Below are positions 41,252 through 60,210 of a stretch of 64,000 bases of DNA, one piece after another (position 1 is the stretch's first letter; each line of letters opens with the position of its first letter). The position numbers and the translations under genes were made by a program. Under the pieces are notes generated by a model. The model ran no database searches. It saw nothing but the letters and a program-made list of their open reading frames with translations, and was not told the DNA's origin. Source of the stretch: Bigelowiella natans CCMP2755 (Eukaryota; Protista; Cercozoa); assembly GCA_000320545.1 (NCBI GenBank), contig ADNK01003130.1:1-64000 (forward strand), given 5' to 3'.

Positions 41252-42754
41252 TTACATTTTGGAAACGTTTATAATGACCCAAACCTTGTGGCCAAACTTC
41301 TTACCCTGGGGAGTAACTAATTGAAATCTCGCCGTGTGCTTTCCTGCCTCTAATGGAGCGATAATATCAACAGACACATTGCATTCAACTCCAACATCCA
41401 CTTCTGATGTGAGCACAGTGCTGGCATTGTGGCCAAATGTTGATCCCGAGACAGAAACCAGCTTAGTTCCTGATGGCCAGGAAAGAGATCCATTGTTTTT
41501 AAGAGACCAAGATTTTTTGATAGTTTGTCCCGGATCGACACGCGTATTGTCTGGGAAATTAATATCTCTTATAAAGTGGGAGCCAAGCCCATTTACATGC
41601 TTAACATCAACTTTCGGAGCATTCTCATTAGATCGCTTGACATCAGCTTCCGAAACAATTTCATTCACTGAAGCATCGATAGATCTTGGCTTTACAATTA
41701 ATATGGTAGCCCATAGGCGGTGACCAAACTTTTCCCCGTCGTAGCATAAGAAGAAAAATGGAGTCTTGTACTTACCTATCTTAGGAGGCAACGAGAGTTG
41801 TGCGCTCACTTCACCTGATTCTCCTGGGAGTAGCTTAGGTACTTTACAATCGCACTTGGGTACTGGTTTCATGTGACCATTGATATCCATGGCAAGGTAA
41901 ATCGCTGAATTCCATGGACTCTTACCATTATTCTTAATTAGCCAGACTTTATTAACTATTGATGAGGCTTCAACTTCAACACCGTCCTTAAAGTTAATGT
42001 CTTTTACAAATAAAGAGGAGAGCCCTTCTCGATATATCCGTTTGGAAATGGTTTCATCATATTCTTGATCTACGGTTCCTGTCGCCTTCTTTGCAACGTT
42101 TTCAGCGTGCGAGATCTGAGATGGCTCTATCTGAGCATCTTGTTTCTCATTCTTTTCTTCTTGGCCATTCAGTTCCTTGTATTTTTCTTCGTCACTCACT
42201 CCTTTGCTGATATCTCGTCTAGTGATATGGTCACTTTCGCCCTCTTTTACGTTTTCAGTGGTCGAGATGTGCGTTAGTTTTTGGTCCTCCACTTTCTTAC
42301 TCTCGTCTGCCTCAAATATAATCCTAAAATTTTCTTCTTCGACTAAATTGGAATCCTTCTTTGTTTTTGTCTGTTTCAATTCATAAGGTTGAGACTCTCT
42401 CACTATCTCCGCACTATCCTTTCTTAAGGGGCTTTGCTGCTCCGAGACAGTGGCAGTTCGTTGGCCATTCTTCGATATCTTCACAAACCCAATCTCCTCA
42501 ATGTCTGAAGATAAAGGGGAAATGTGTAGCTTTAAGGTTGAGTCGAACATTTGAATAGCATCCTGGAGTTCGTAATTGGTAGTCGCGATAACGACATCAT
42601 CCTCGTCATCCACATACTGAACCTGGACCCCACGGGGAAACCGACCAGGATAAATTCGGTTAATTTCCAAAAGGAGGCACTCGTAGGGAGTTTCTGTGCT
42701 GAGAGAAATCGGACGGACCTCGTCCTGGAAGATAATTTTAACAACAGCGGCCAT
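41252..42754 (-). CDS. NBR1-like protein with PB1 and two FW (N_BRCA1_IG) domains; intronless
   Basis: VKIIF..QYVDDEDDVVIATTNYEL (PB1 OPCA motif); FVKDINFKDG..KVWLIKNNG..W..FGHRLW and FIRDINFPD..KSWSLKNNG..WP..FGHKVW. Confidence 0.88.
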   Translation of the reverse strand: MAAVVKIIFQDEVRPISLSTETPYECLLLEINRIYPGRFPRGVQVQYVDDEDDVVIATTNYELQDAIQMFDSTLKLHISPLSSDIEEIGFVKISKNGQRTATVSEQQSPLRKDSAEIVRESQPYELKQTKTKKDSNLVEEENFRIIFEADESKKVEDQKLTHISTTENVKEGESDHITRRDISKGVSDEEKYKELNGQEEKNEKQDAQIEPSQISHAENVAKKATGTVDQEYDETISKRIYREGLSSLFVKDINFKDGVEVEASSIVNKVWLIKNNGKSPWNSAIYLAMDINGHMKPVPKCDCKVPKLLPGESGEVSAQLSLPPKIGKYKTPFFFLCYDGEKFGHRLWATILIVKPRSIDASVNEIVSEADVKRSNENAPKVDVKHVNGLGSHFIRDINFPDNTRVDPGQTIKKSWSLKNNGSLSWPSGTKLVSVSGSTFGHNASTVLTSEVDVGVECNVSVDIIAPLEAGKHTARFQLVTPQGKKFGHKVWVIINVSKM

Positions 42755-43293
42755 GCCATGCGTAATCAACCACGTCGGATCACCGATTACTGGGAGCTGT
42801 AGAAAGCAGTCTTTACCTCTGTTGCGACAGACAAATTCATTGTCGCAAGACGAAAATTCAACGGTAAAACCTCAGCACCAATCGAGAGGAAGTCGGAACT
42901 GATCATGAATCATGAATTGTTCAGCTGTTGGCACAAATAAAAAATGGAACTTTTCTTTTCGGCCTCGTGTTCCCGGTTCCCCTCCCTTGGCTTACTTTAG
43001 GAAAAAGACGGAGGAAATCATCCGGGACACATTTGCCCAGCTGTGAACTCGAGTACTCGCGTCAACAGAAAATGATAATATTAATAAGTCGCACATTGAC
43101 GATTTGACGGGTGAACCAGCACCTCAAAGCGTCGCGACAAGGAAGGAAAGCTTGTTTTATAGTTAATAAAGTACATTGCAGCAAGTTGGCAATGTTATTA
43201 GGAATTCAGGCGATTTTATGTATGCGACTTAATTTAAAAACACGTAACCCAGATCTTCAGAGCAGGCTCCATTTTTTTTGAGCAATCAAGCCA

Positions 43294-51010
<7,717 letters not shown>

Positions 51011-51059
51011 CACACGATTGCTGCATGTGTGAGAGCTTAAATCAATTTAGCAACAGCTG

Positions 51060-52140
51060 TCTCCTGCATTTGCTTCGACCTGCACATGCTACTTGAATTG
51101 CGCAGCAACAAGTGCACGAATGAGCTCTGAAAATGTGATGAAAGAGGAGCGCGCAGTCTAGTAATTGCAGCAGTCTTGACATGACGTGAAGCTAGACAGC
51201 TCTAGCAGAGCTTGATTGACAGCTAATGCTAGGCAGCATGCAAGCATGCACAGCAGCACCTCCAGCGCCTGCGCTAGCACGCCCTTCCTTCTCCAGTGCT
51301 TCTAGCCTTGGCAGCTTGCATTGTGTTGCATTGCCATGCTAGCATGCCAAAATTGCAGCGCGCATGCGTGCTCTTGCTAGCTTGGTGTGCCACCGTTCTA
51401 GCGTTCTGTCATGTTCTAGCGTTGCACTCATCCAGACGTGTCCCTGACGAGTGCCAGAGTGTCAAGTTGCTTGATCGGTTGTGGCCGACATCACCATCTA
51501 GCCATCGATCGCCACGTCTCAGGCATCATCGCAGCCTGTCCACGCGTCAGCAGCGTGTTGTCTGTGCACCCTCAGGTCCTGTTGAACGTCAAGTTGTGAT
51601 CAACCAACGTTTCAGTGCATCAGTGTTTCGCTCTCGCGCTCCTTGGTTGTCTCGCTCCGACCGAAAAAGGCACGTGTGGACGAGCACGTGCCAGCGTGGT
51701 CGTTTCAGCTGCGCCGTCATTGGAATGAACAATGAACAATGAACAATGAACAATGAACAAAGCGTTGATCAAATCCACATGCGCCAGAACCACATGGGAG
51801 ACAGGAATCGTTTCGTCCACTCAACAACTCATCGTTCTGTGGCTTGCTTGCGCACGTGTCCATCAAGTGTTCGTGGAAAGTGCGAGCTTCTGTTCCCAAT
51901 GTTCAAGGCCACTCTTCACACTGCAGTGCACTGCGACGCAGCCACGCTCGGGGTGTTGTGCAAATGAAACCAGCCATGAAGACGCGAGGTCTGAATGAAT
52001 GAAGATGAACAATGGAAGAACGATGATGAACGCAAAAAAAAAAAAGACTGAAAACAACAAACAAAAGTCCTTCGAATTCAAGGCAAGAATTCATCCCGAA
52101 AACATCCCATCACCATCAACATCAAACATTCGGAGGAACT
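51060..52140. other. TpA-depleted degenerate zone downstream of the 5S gene
   Basis: No TA from 51501 to 52139; 51170-51500 has 11 TAs, 10 in CTAG and 1 in CTAA. Confidence 0.85.
51724..51758. repeat. (AATGAAC)5 tandem repeat
   Basis: Five perfect 7-mers. Confidence 0.95.
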
Positions 52141-52156
52141 AAGATGTTGGGAATTG

Positions 52157-52167
52157 AAAAAAAAAAA
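52157..52167 (-). terminator. RNA polymerase III terminator (T11) of the 5S gene
   Basis: A11 on the + strand, 4 nt beyond the 5S 3' end. Confidence 0.8.
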
Positions 52168-52171
52168 GGTT

Positions 52172-52290
52172 GGATACAACAACGCCGTGTTCCCGCGTGG
52201 TCCCCCACCGCAGTACTAACGAGTCCCAACGACGCTTAACTTCCGAGTTCGGCAGGGATCGGGTGTATTAGTCGTGGTATGGTCGTATCC
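52172..52290 (-). rRNA. 5S ribosomal RNA (single dispersed copy)
   Basis: Minus strand reads GGATACGACCATACCAC...CCCGATCCC..CCGAACTCGGAAGTTAAGC...TTAGTACT..GGTGGGGGACCAC..GGGAA..GTTGTATCC; 119 nt with paired termini. Confidence 0.97.
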
Positions 52291-52545
52291 ATTAACATTC
52301 AAATGTTTTTACTACTTACTAAAGTATAAAAATTATGAAATTACTATGTGATTTAATGCCATTCATAGGCTGCGACAATCCAAAAGGCTCGGATTCTTCT
52401 AATTCCTCTGATCTGCGATAACCTGGCACATCTCAACTGACCGCTGCTCTTCCTCCAGAGAATAGCGTCGCACATATCCTCGAGCCAGCAGGAAGACCGG
52501 GAGGGCCTGTTGGACACCGCACTTCACCCCCTTCTCCACGGACGC

Positions 52546-52816
52546 ATGGATCGGGGTGACCACAAACCAGAGGTGGAGCCAATGTATGGTAGCCTGGATT
52601 TCCAGGAAGGGATGACACCTTCGAGCATCCGAAGACGCAAGAGCAAAAGCGGCTTACTGCGCAGGTAAAAAAACAGACTACACTCACGTTATCCCGAGTT
52701 ATTGCTCATCTTTAACTACAATTTAGGCATAATAGTGTGTTGGGAGCGGCCTTCCAAAAATCTCGCAGCATCAATCGCAGGAACAAAACGCGTAAAAACA
52801 CAAATAATACCATATT

Positions 52817-52858
<42 letters not shown>

Positions 52859-54320
52859 AAAATGGCCAGTTTTTCGCATACACCTTCACTTGTCACTGCA
52901 TATCCAGAATTCTACAAATAGCTAAATAATATTGCCAGATGCAAAGAAACTTCGACGTCTTCGCTCAGAAATGACTCACGTGGCCAGGGGCAATATCGGA
53001 AGCAATAACAACGATGTTGAGAGCAGTGACGCGCGATCACAACCGCTTCTTTCGCATCACAGGCAGGACCCACCTAAAATACCACACTCATGGCTTTATT
53101 CGATGCTAAACCCGGGTTCAAAGAAGCCACAGGCAAAAGTTTATAAGTATCTTATGTCGGTGCTGATCATTCTTGACACCGGGCTGTTTATCGTTTCAAC
53201 AGTACGTTCTGTCAACCAAAAGATAGGCTACTTTCTCTACATTCACGAGGGCTTCATGAGCTCCTTATTCTGCCTCGAGTACATTACCCGCCTGTACATT
53301 ATTACAGAGAGCAGGAAGTATCGCGCCCCAATTGCCGGAAGACTTGCTTACATGTGCTCTTTCGCTGCGTTGGTTGATGCTCTGTCGTTCCTCCCCTTCT
53401 TCATTGAAATCATCTTCTCAGAGGAGTTACCGACATTGACATACTTGCGAATCTTCCGGTTGATGAGGATTTTGAAGACGGAGTCTTACGCATCTGCATG
53501 CGCCTCGGCGTCGCGTGTTATTAAGTACAACAGCGAGATTTTGGTTGTGGCCTTCCTCATGTGTGCGATGCTCCTGCTATTTACCTCCACCATCCTTTAC
53601 TATTTGCGTCCTGGATTAGGGGCACACACGGGAGACGGCAACGATTTCCTATCCATCCCTGATTGCATGTATCTTGCCATCCTCATGTTGACAGGGCAGG
53701 GGGTACCCGATGGCGTCCTTCCTTGGTACACAAAGAGCGTGGTTGTCCTCACAGCTGTGTTCTCCGTTGCTATGTTTGCAATTCCCTCCTCTATGCTCAC
53801 CTGGGGTTTCGAAGCTGAGGCCGAGAGGATGGCCCACGTCAGGTATCTGAAATCGAAGAAGCGACGGGATTACCTTCGGAAATATAAGAAGGAGCCGCCA
53901 TTGTCGGATAGTAGCAGTTCTAATACGGATGGGGACACGAGTGACGAAGACTATTTCAAGCAGATTGCAGGTGTGAGCGGCTCGGACTCAGAAGATGAGG
54001 CCAAAAAGGACGCAAAAAGGTTGTTTTCGCAAGGTGATAAGGACGCCAACGCCAAGATCAACTTCGACGAGTTTTGGAATCTTTACAAAAGCATGCAGGA
54101 GGATTCAAGGCTAGGTCGTGGCCGGCTGTTCCAAGATCAGTCGCCTCGTAAGCATTCTAGGTTCCCCCTGATGTCAAACCACCGTCTAACAGATGCCAAG
54201 AATTCAGAAGGTAGCAGTGGAGGTGAAGATTTGTTGAAAGAGATTCTAAACGAAGTCCGCGAGCAAGCAAAGCGCATTGATAAGCTTACTTCCATAGTCC
54301 GCACACTTCAGAAAAATTGA
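52546..54320 (+). CDS. 6TM voltage-gated-superfamily (Kv-like) channel with atypical pore and C-terminal EF-hand; 3 exons
   Basis: S2 LEYITRL; S3 LVDALSFLPFF; S4 LRIFRLMRILK; pore SIPDCMYLAILMLTGQG; EF loop DKDANAKINFDEF. Two upstream exons join in frame from ATG 52546. Confidence 0.85.
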
Positions 54321-55030
54321 ATGGTGAGCATCGTCTTGTAATCTTGTAATGAAAGAAAATTTCCAGTTGTGGATGAGACAAAAAATTATGAATGTATATG
54401 TAGCATCAACTATCAATCCTTGCCACACAATAATACACGCGTCATCTGCCTTGTACACGCTGCACATGTCATTCAATGTTTCCTTTTGCGCGAGATGTGC
54501 TAGTTTGATACCGCTGCGATCGTTTGCTTTGTTCTACTCGATCAGTAGACAGCGCTGTATCGTCCATAGCGACGCTATAAAGCTATGTATGTGCTGTCAC
54601 TATTGAAGCATCCACGAGCTTATTGTCTATGTAGGGCGCCGTTACATGACTTATAACTGGCGCGCTACATGTGAAATCACCATATATCTAGCTACATGTT
54701 GCATGTTGCGGCAGGCTGTAAATAAACGTTAAACACTTAGAAACTATGCGCTGCTAGGACTAAGTCCGATTAGTCTTTCGAGACATTAAAACGCTCGTAT
54801 TCTTTATATCTTGCATCACGTAGCGCAACGAATACCTATCGGCTGGTGTACCATGCGATGCATGCGCGCTGTCTTGCTGCGCGCAGTGCATGTACAGAAT
54901 GGTGCGCTTTTCTCGTACCATGCATGATCGCAACATATACTCTGCAAACACTAGCCAAATAAAGTTTATGTAATATAAGACGACAATATGCCTGATGGAT
55001 TGCGTTCACACACAGCTTCGTATCGAATCA

Positions 55031-55734
55031 TTATAGAATTTTCGTCAAAAGTCTAATAGCAACTGGGGTAAGATGGCTTCGAGATGCCTGAAGAATCAAT
55101 TGTGCTGTTGAGAGGGTGTAATATACTACATGACCAACAATCATGCAGGTCGTTGTATAATTTGTAATTGAGAACGAACGGAATATGTATTCAATCTTAC
55201 GTGGTGCCAACGTCTTCGCCTTCTCCCTTTGCAACACTCCGAGACCTCAATATAGCTTCTATATATTTTTGGAAGAGATTGTCTTAGCATATCATTTTTG
55301 TGGTCAGATGTGATATGTTCTAACTGACCTTTTACAAATATATTTACAAGCTCTGTGGCTAATATGATGCCATCTTTCGAGCCTGTGATGAGAGGAGTGA
55401 ATGGGAGGAAGGGTGAGAAGAAATATGGTTTTTGCCGAGCTGTAAATTTTACTGCATCTCTTCGACTAAGGACAATCATCAGCTCATATAAGCGCTAGTT
55501 GTGTCGTACTTTGGCTGACAAATATTATTCTCTTCTTTTCAGCCTAGGGTACTTTTCAATAAAACCTTTAATCAAGTTTCCAGATTGCTGAGCGTTTTCC
55601 AGCAAGTTTTTCACGAGATCCTTTCGCATATCGAATTCGCAGGATGATAAGTCTATAAAGATTCTCATGTGATATGCAATACACAATGACCAACGCCTCT
55701 CCACTATCGTCACCGGCGAAAACGACGGCTCCAT
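55031..55734 (-). CDS. Possible small hypothetical spliced gene
   Basis: Protein-like open segments (DLVKNLLENAQQSGNLIKGFIE; GSKDGIILATELVNIFVK) divergent from G-alpha; no family recognised. Confidence 0.3.
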
Positions 55735-56229
55735 CCTAAGCCTGGCCGATGCGAAAGACTTCCCTCCAAAAAAATGCAAGAGTTATGATTTCTTTCTGTA
55801 ATGCGAGAAGAACCATGACGCTAGATAAAAACGACATTAATTTTCAAGAAAACACATTGTATTTACAATAGAGGAGATTCTAATTATACGACAAGAACAA
55901 ATCCAGCATATTATGAGGTCTTTGATCACCTTAGCCTGATGGTCGGTGTTCTCTTTGCTTTGAAATGCAACAACTTTTATATGATTTGCGTCATCAACCT
56001 TATCATTGGTAATTTGCTAGTTTAATTTGTTAAAAATCGATTGAAGCATGCCAGATCTATCCGAATTCCAGGCTAGAGTCTTATAGTATTATCTTAGCGC
56101 GCCGGGGGTGTTGCCGCTTTTAATTTCGAAATGATTTGATTTTTATACTGCGTCAACAAGATAATTGCGAATTTGTGTGTAATCTCGGATAATTGCTCGT
56201 TCCAATGCATTAGATCACGTGGCGATCTA

Positions 56230-56555
56230 ATGGGTGTTTGCACCTCCGCCGAGCGCGACGAGGAAGCTGCCGTGCATCCGGAGAGGAGCGAGGGCAACAC
56301 TATCGTGTTGATTGGGCCGGCGAAGTCTGGAAAATCAACCTTGTTCAAACAGCTTATACTGAACTTCGGGGAGGGGTTCAGTGTGGAGGACAGGAAGTCG
56401 TACTCTGATGCCATTCGCTGCCGCACGCTCGAGTATATGCAACAGCTAATCCAAGAAAATGAAAAGCTTCTGTCAGAGGGTGATAGCGTAATAGAAGCCA
56501 AAGGTCATACATTGGGATAAAGATTATATATTTATACAAACACACACACACACAC

Positions 56556-56593
<38 letters not shown>

Positions 56594-57029
56594 ATTAATT
56601 GAGAGGAGACGAGAGCGACAGCATGGGGACGCAACACTTAATCTTGACATGCACATACAACAGGGAAAGACCTGCAACTGGACGAGGAGCACAGGGAATC
56701 TTCTAAAGTTGTTTTGGGGCAGGATCCATACCAAGAACGCATTAATGTATTAAGGAGTAGTGTCGCCAAGCACGTAGATAAGCTATGGGCGACTCCTGCC
56801 ATACAGGCCACATTTGAATTAAAGGACCACTTCCAGAAACGTTTAAACGAAAATGCAAATCATTTCCTCTCTCAAGCCTCCAAGATTGGGGAGGATAATT
56901 ATATTCCAAGCGTTGAAGATATCATGCGATGCCGGCAGCGGACTATTGGAAATACAGACAACAAGTACAATAAAATAAAACCTGATGCGCTCTCTTCTCC
57001 CTCCCCCCGCCCCCCTCCCCCCTCTCTCT

Positions 57030-57068
<39 letters not shown>

Positions 57069-57092
57069 CGCGATTGTACACATATATCAACA

Positions 57093-57127
<35 letters not shown>

Positions 57128-57740
57128 TGTGTGGTGTAAGCAGTTAATGCATATATTGAATTCGGTACTTTTGTTTCTCCTCTTTTATCGCTCTTGCTGA
57201 ACCTATACTCTCATCAGATTCTCTTACGAGGGTATAGACTTTACTGTTTATGATCTGGGCGGGCAGTGGGATGAGCGCAGACACTGGCACCAGTTCATCG
57301 CGCGAGCATCAACTATCGTTTTTATGGTCAATATGGCCGGGTATGACGAGGCGCTTCATGAAGACCGCAAGATCAATTGCATGGAAGATGCATCCACCCT
57401 TTTCGCACGGCTCAGTGGCGCATCCATTTATAGGGATATCCCCATCGTAGTGTTCTTTAACAAAATGGACGTCTTCAGAAGTAAAATCAAGCGAATCCCC
57501 CTCACACAGTGCCCGTTGTTTGAAGATTTTGATGGCGCGGAAGGCGACGTTGACGCTGCTGCGAAGAATATTCAAACACATTTCGACTCGTGCAAGTTTG
57601 CATCACAGGGTAAATTTAGACGGTCGGTGAAATATCACTTTCTTTGCGCATTAGATATTGAGGCAGTGAAGACGATTTTCAACTCGGTTATGACTCATGT
57701 GCTCAAGCAGCAATTATTGGCGTCTGGTTTATCCCTATAG
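56230..57740 (+). CDS. Heterotrimeric G-protein alpha subunit, divergent
   Basis: MGVCTS lipidation motif; G1 GPAKSGKST; G2 RQRTIG; G3 DLGGQ; G4 FFNKMD; G5 CALD. Confidence 0.93.
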
Positions 57741-58129
57741 GTTATAATAATAGTTTCACCGCTGGAACATATGAGAAAGCTGCAATGATAAATTTAAAAC
57801 TCTGAGTAAAAAATTCAAAAAATGGATTGAGCTGGTACATGTGACACATTGACTGCTACGTTTGCACAGCTTGTGGCCATGTTGTGAGGGCATCGCAGGC
57901 GAGAAATGTTCGCGTATGTGTGCATGCGCGTTGGCAGACATGGTGTGCGCTGCTAGATAGCCGTACGTGAGCGCTTATGAACGATTAATTCCAAATGCTC
58001 TGCAGAATGCGAATTCATTTGATGCTTACTTGTGCGTGCCTTGCCCCACCATTGCTGCTGTCGTGACTCATGAATGAGAATTGTGTTGCTTCTACTGCAG
58101 CAATCAGCTGCTAATGAGACCATGAAACA

Positions 58130-60010
58130 GATCCTGCGAAACTGCACTGACGAAGATGACGCAGTCAATCGAAGATGGAGTGCATGATGAAAAGCTTGCA
58201 GCCATGACATTGTTCACATGTGCCTCCAAAGCTCATCCAAAAGCCTGGCATTCCGGCATGATGCGCAAGTCATGTGAAAAATGTGGAACACGAGGCTCCC
58301 TGCCATCATGGGGACGACTGGCTCAGAAATCGCACTGCCAGATTCAAATTTGGCAGTGCTGTTTCTGAACACATGAATCTGGAGAGCGGAGTCCCAGAAG
58401 GATCGTCTCTCAGTTGCTTCCTGTTCACAACTTGTTGCGATGTTCATGAACAAACAAAAAGTGCAGATTTCCAAACGTGCTGTGACGATGTCACTCCATG
58501 CAAATCATTTCCCCCAAAGCGATGGGGGAAAATGCCAGACGATGTCCAGGCCGACCTGAACAAAATGACGGACTGGTGCATGAAATGGCGGATGCGATTC
58601 AATGGGGACAAGAGTGGATGCCTCATCACAGACAAAAGAAACAAAGCCCGCCAACACCAATCTTGTTGGAACATCTCTCTGAGTCTCCAAGGCAAAGTGA
58701 AAAGGGTCGACAGCGGCAGATGTCTCGGACCAATTTTCACAATCGACAACAAACTGACCTTTGAAAAACATGCTCTTGCTTCTCACCTGAGATTGCAAAA
58801 AAAGCGAAGGTTTTTGTCAAGGTTGTGTTGTTCCAGATTCCTCATGTCGCTGAATGTCAGATTGAAATTTTGCAAATCATGGTTCATTGCATCAAGCAGA
58901 TGCGCAGCTCCAATGTGGAGATCACGAAAAAACATGCGAATCAAACAGATGGATTCCATGGAATCCCAAACCCTGAAAAGAGTGTTGGGATCACCTGGAT
59001 CTGTCTCCAACGACGTTCCCCACGTCCTCACTGGCACATTGCCACCCCGACACCAAACAAAAGTGCAGTGTGCCAAATTGTGGTTGCGCACCAATGCATG
59101 AATCGATGCAGGCAACAGTCATGAAATGCATGAGAGAATGAATGACTGGAGCAGTTGTGGCTTCATCATTGAAAATCGAAAAATCCCAGGTGGCACATCG
59201 TGGATTGACGCATCCACAAAAACGTGGAACAAAGTGTCTCTGTTTCGCCGGCTCAAATCGATCACTGACGATTTGTTGCATGACGAGCTTCCCACTGTTT
59301 TGACGACAACAGAAGCGCTCAAAAAAGATCTGAAAAAACATCACAAAGTGATGAAATCATCTGCTTTCACCAAATTCGAGGAGGAATGGTCCAATGATTC
59401 ACTGAGAGCTGTGCATCTCAAGAATCTTGGATTCCTTCTGTCATCTTCGATCACCGGCATCAAACTGAAACTTCCAAGTGTCGCTACATCATGGATGCGC
59501 GCCATCTGTGGAGTCGGCAATCTTGGAAAATTCATGTTTTCACGTGGACAATGTGCAGAGACAGATGCCACATGCGATGCATGTGGCATCCTGAAGGACA
59601 TGGATCATCTCCTGCAATGTCCAACATGTGGTCAACAACAAATCAGATTGCGCAATCAAATGAGCGCAATCATGAATCGCAACGACGAGATGAACCGGCT
59701 AACAAAGGCTGAAAAAGATTCAAGAACTGTTGCGCGCAGTGCGCGACAACATCGGTCGCACGAGGACGCTTTCAAATGCATGAAGCACGTGGTGGCAGAA
59801 ACCAACAGACACAACATTAGCGCTGTAGCCGCTGCATTGCACAGCTACATCAGGATGACCATTGAAAAAATTTAATTGTTCATCACATCCGTCTCACATA
59901 CATGGGTGCTCATCGAAGGTGCCAATACCAAATGAGCCTGCGCTGTGCTCATCATATGTTCCATGCATATAGAGGCATCTGCATTCGTTGATCAGTCAAA
60001 CAAACAATGC
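58130..60010 (+). mobile_element. 5'-truncated, hypermutated non-LTR retrotransposon (LINE): RT, C-terminal CCHC-like knuckle and 3' UTR
   Basis: SKAHPKAWH (~KAYDxVWH), DWLRNRT, GVPEGSSLS, CCDD (~YxDD), WCMKWRMRFN, RCLG (~KYLG), CDACG..DMDHLLQCP; frameshift at ~58310 and an in-frame TGA at 59099. Confidence 0.9.
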
Positions 60011-60210
60011 TCGTTCATCCATTAACCATCTAATGCGGCGATACTCGCTTGATCATGATCGTTCATGATCTGCTATGCTTTGGGCGCCATGCTGCATGTG
60101 TTCGCGTCGTTCATTTATTGACCTATGATAATATTTCATTTCAATGGTAGACGTAGGCAGATGGGAACACACATAAAATGCTTGTGGATGCCGATGATGT
60201 CCCTGCATTT

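Noticed and set aside
51760-51960. Possible LSU rRNA fragment next to 5S
   Set aside because: No conserved rRNA motif could be aligned convincingly.
58114-59484. CpG methylation-deamination as the cause of the TG/CA excess
   Set aside because: CpG is still common here, TA is what is missing, and Tyr->Cys/His changes cannot arise from CpG decay. It may contribute secondarily.
58114-59484. Classical fungal RIP
   Set aside because: RIP creates TpA and stop codons; here TpA is eliminated and frames stay largely open.
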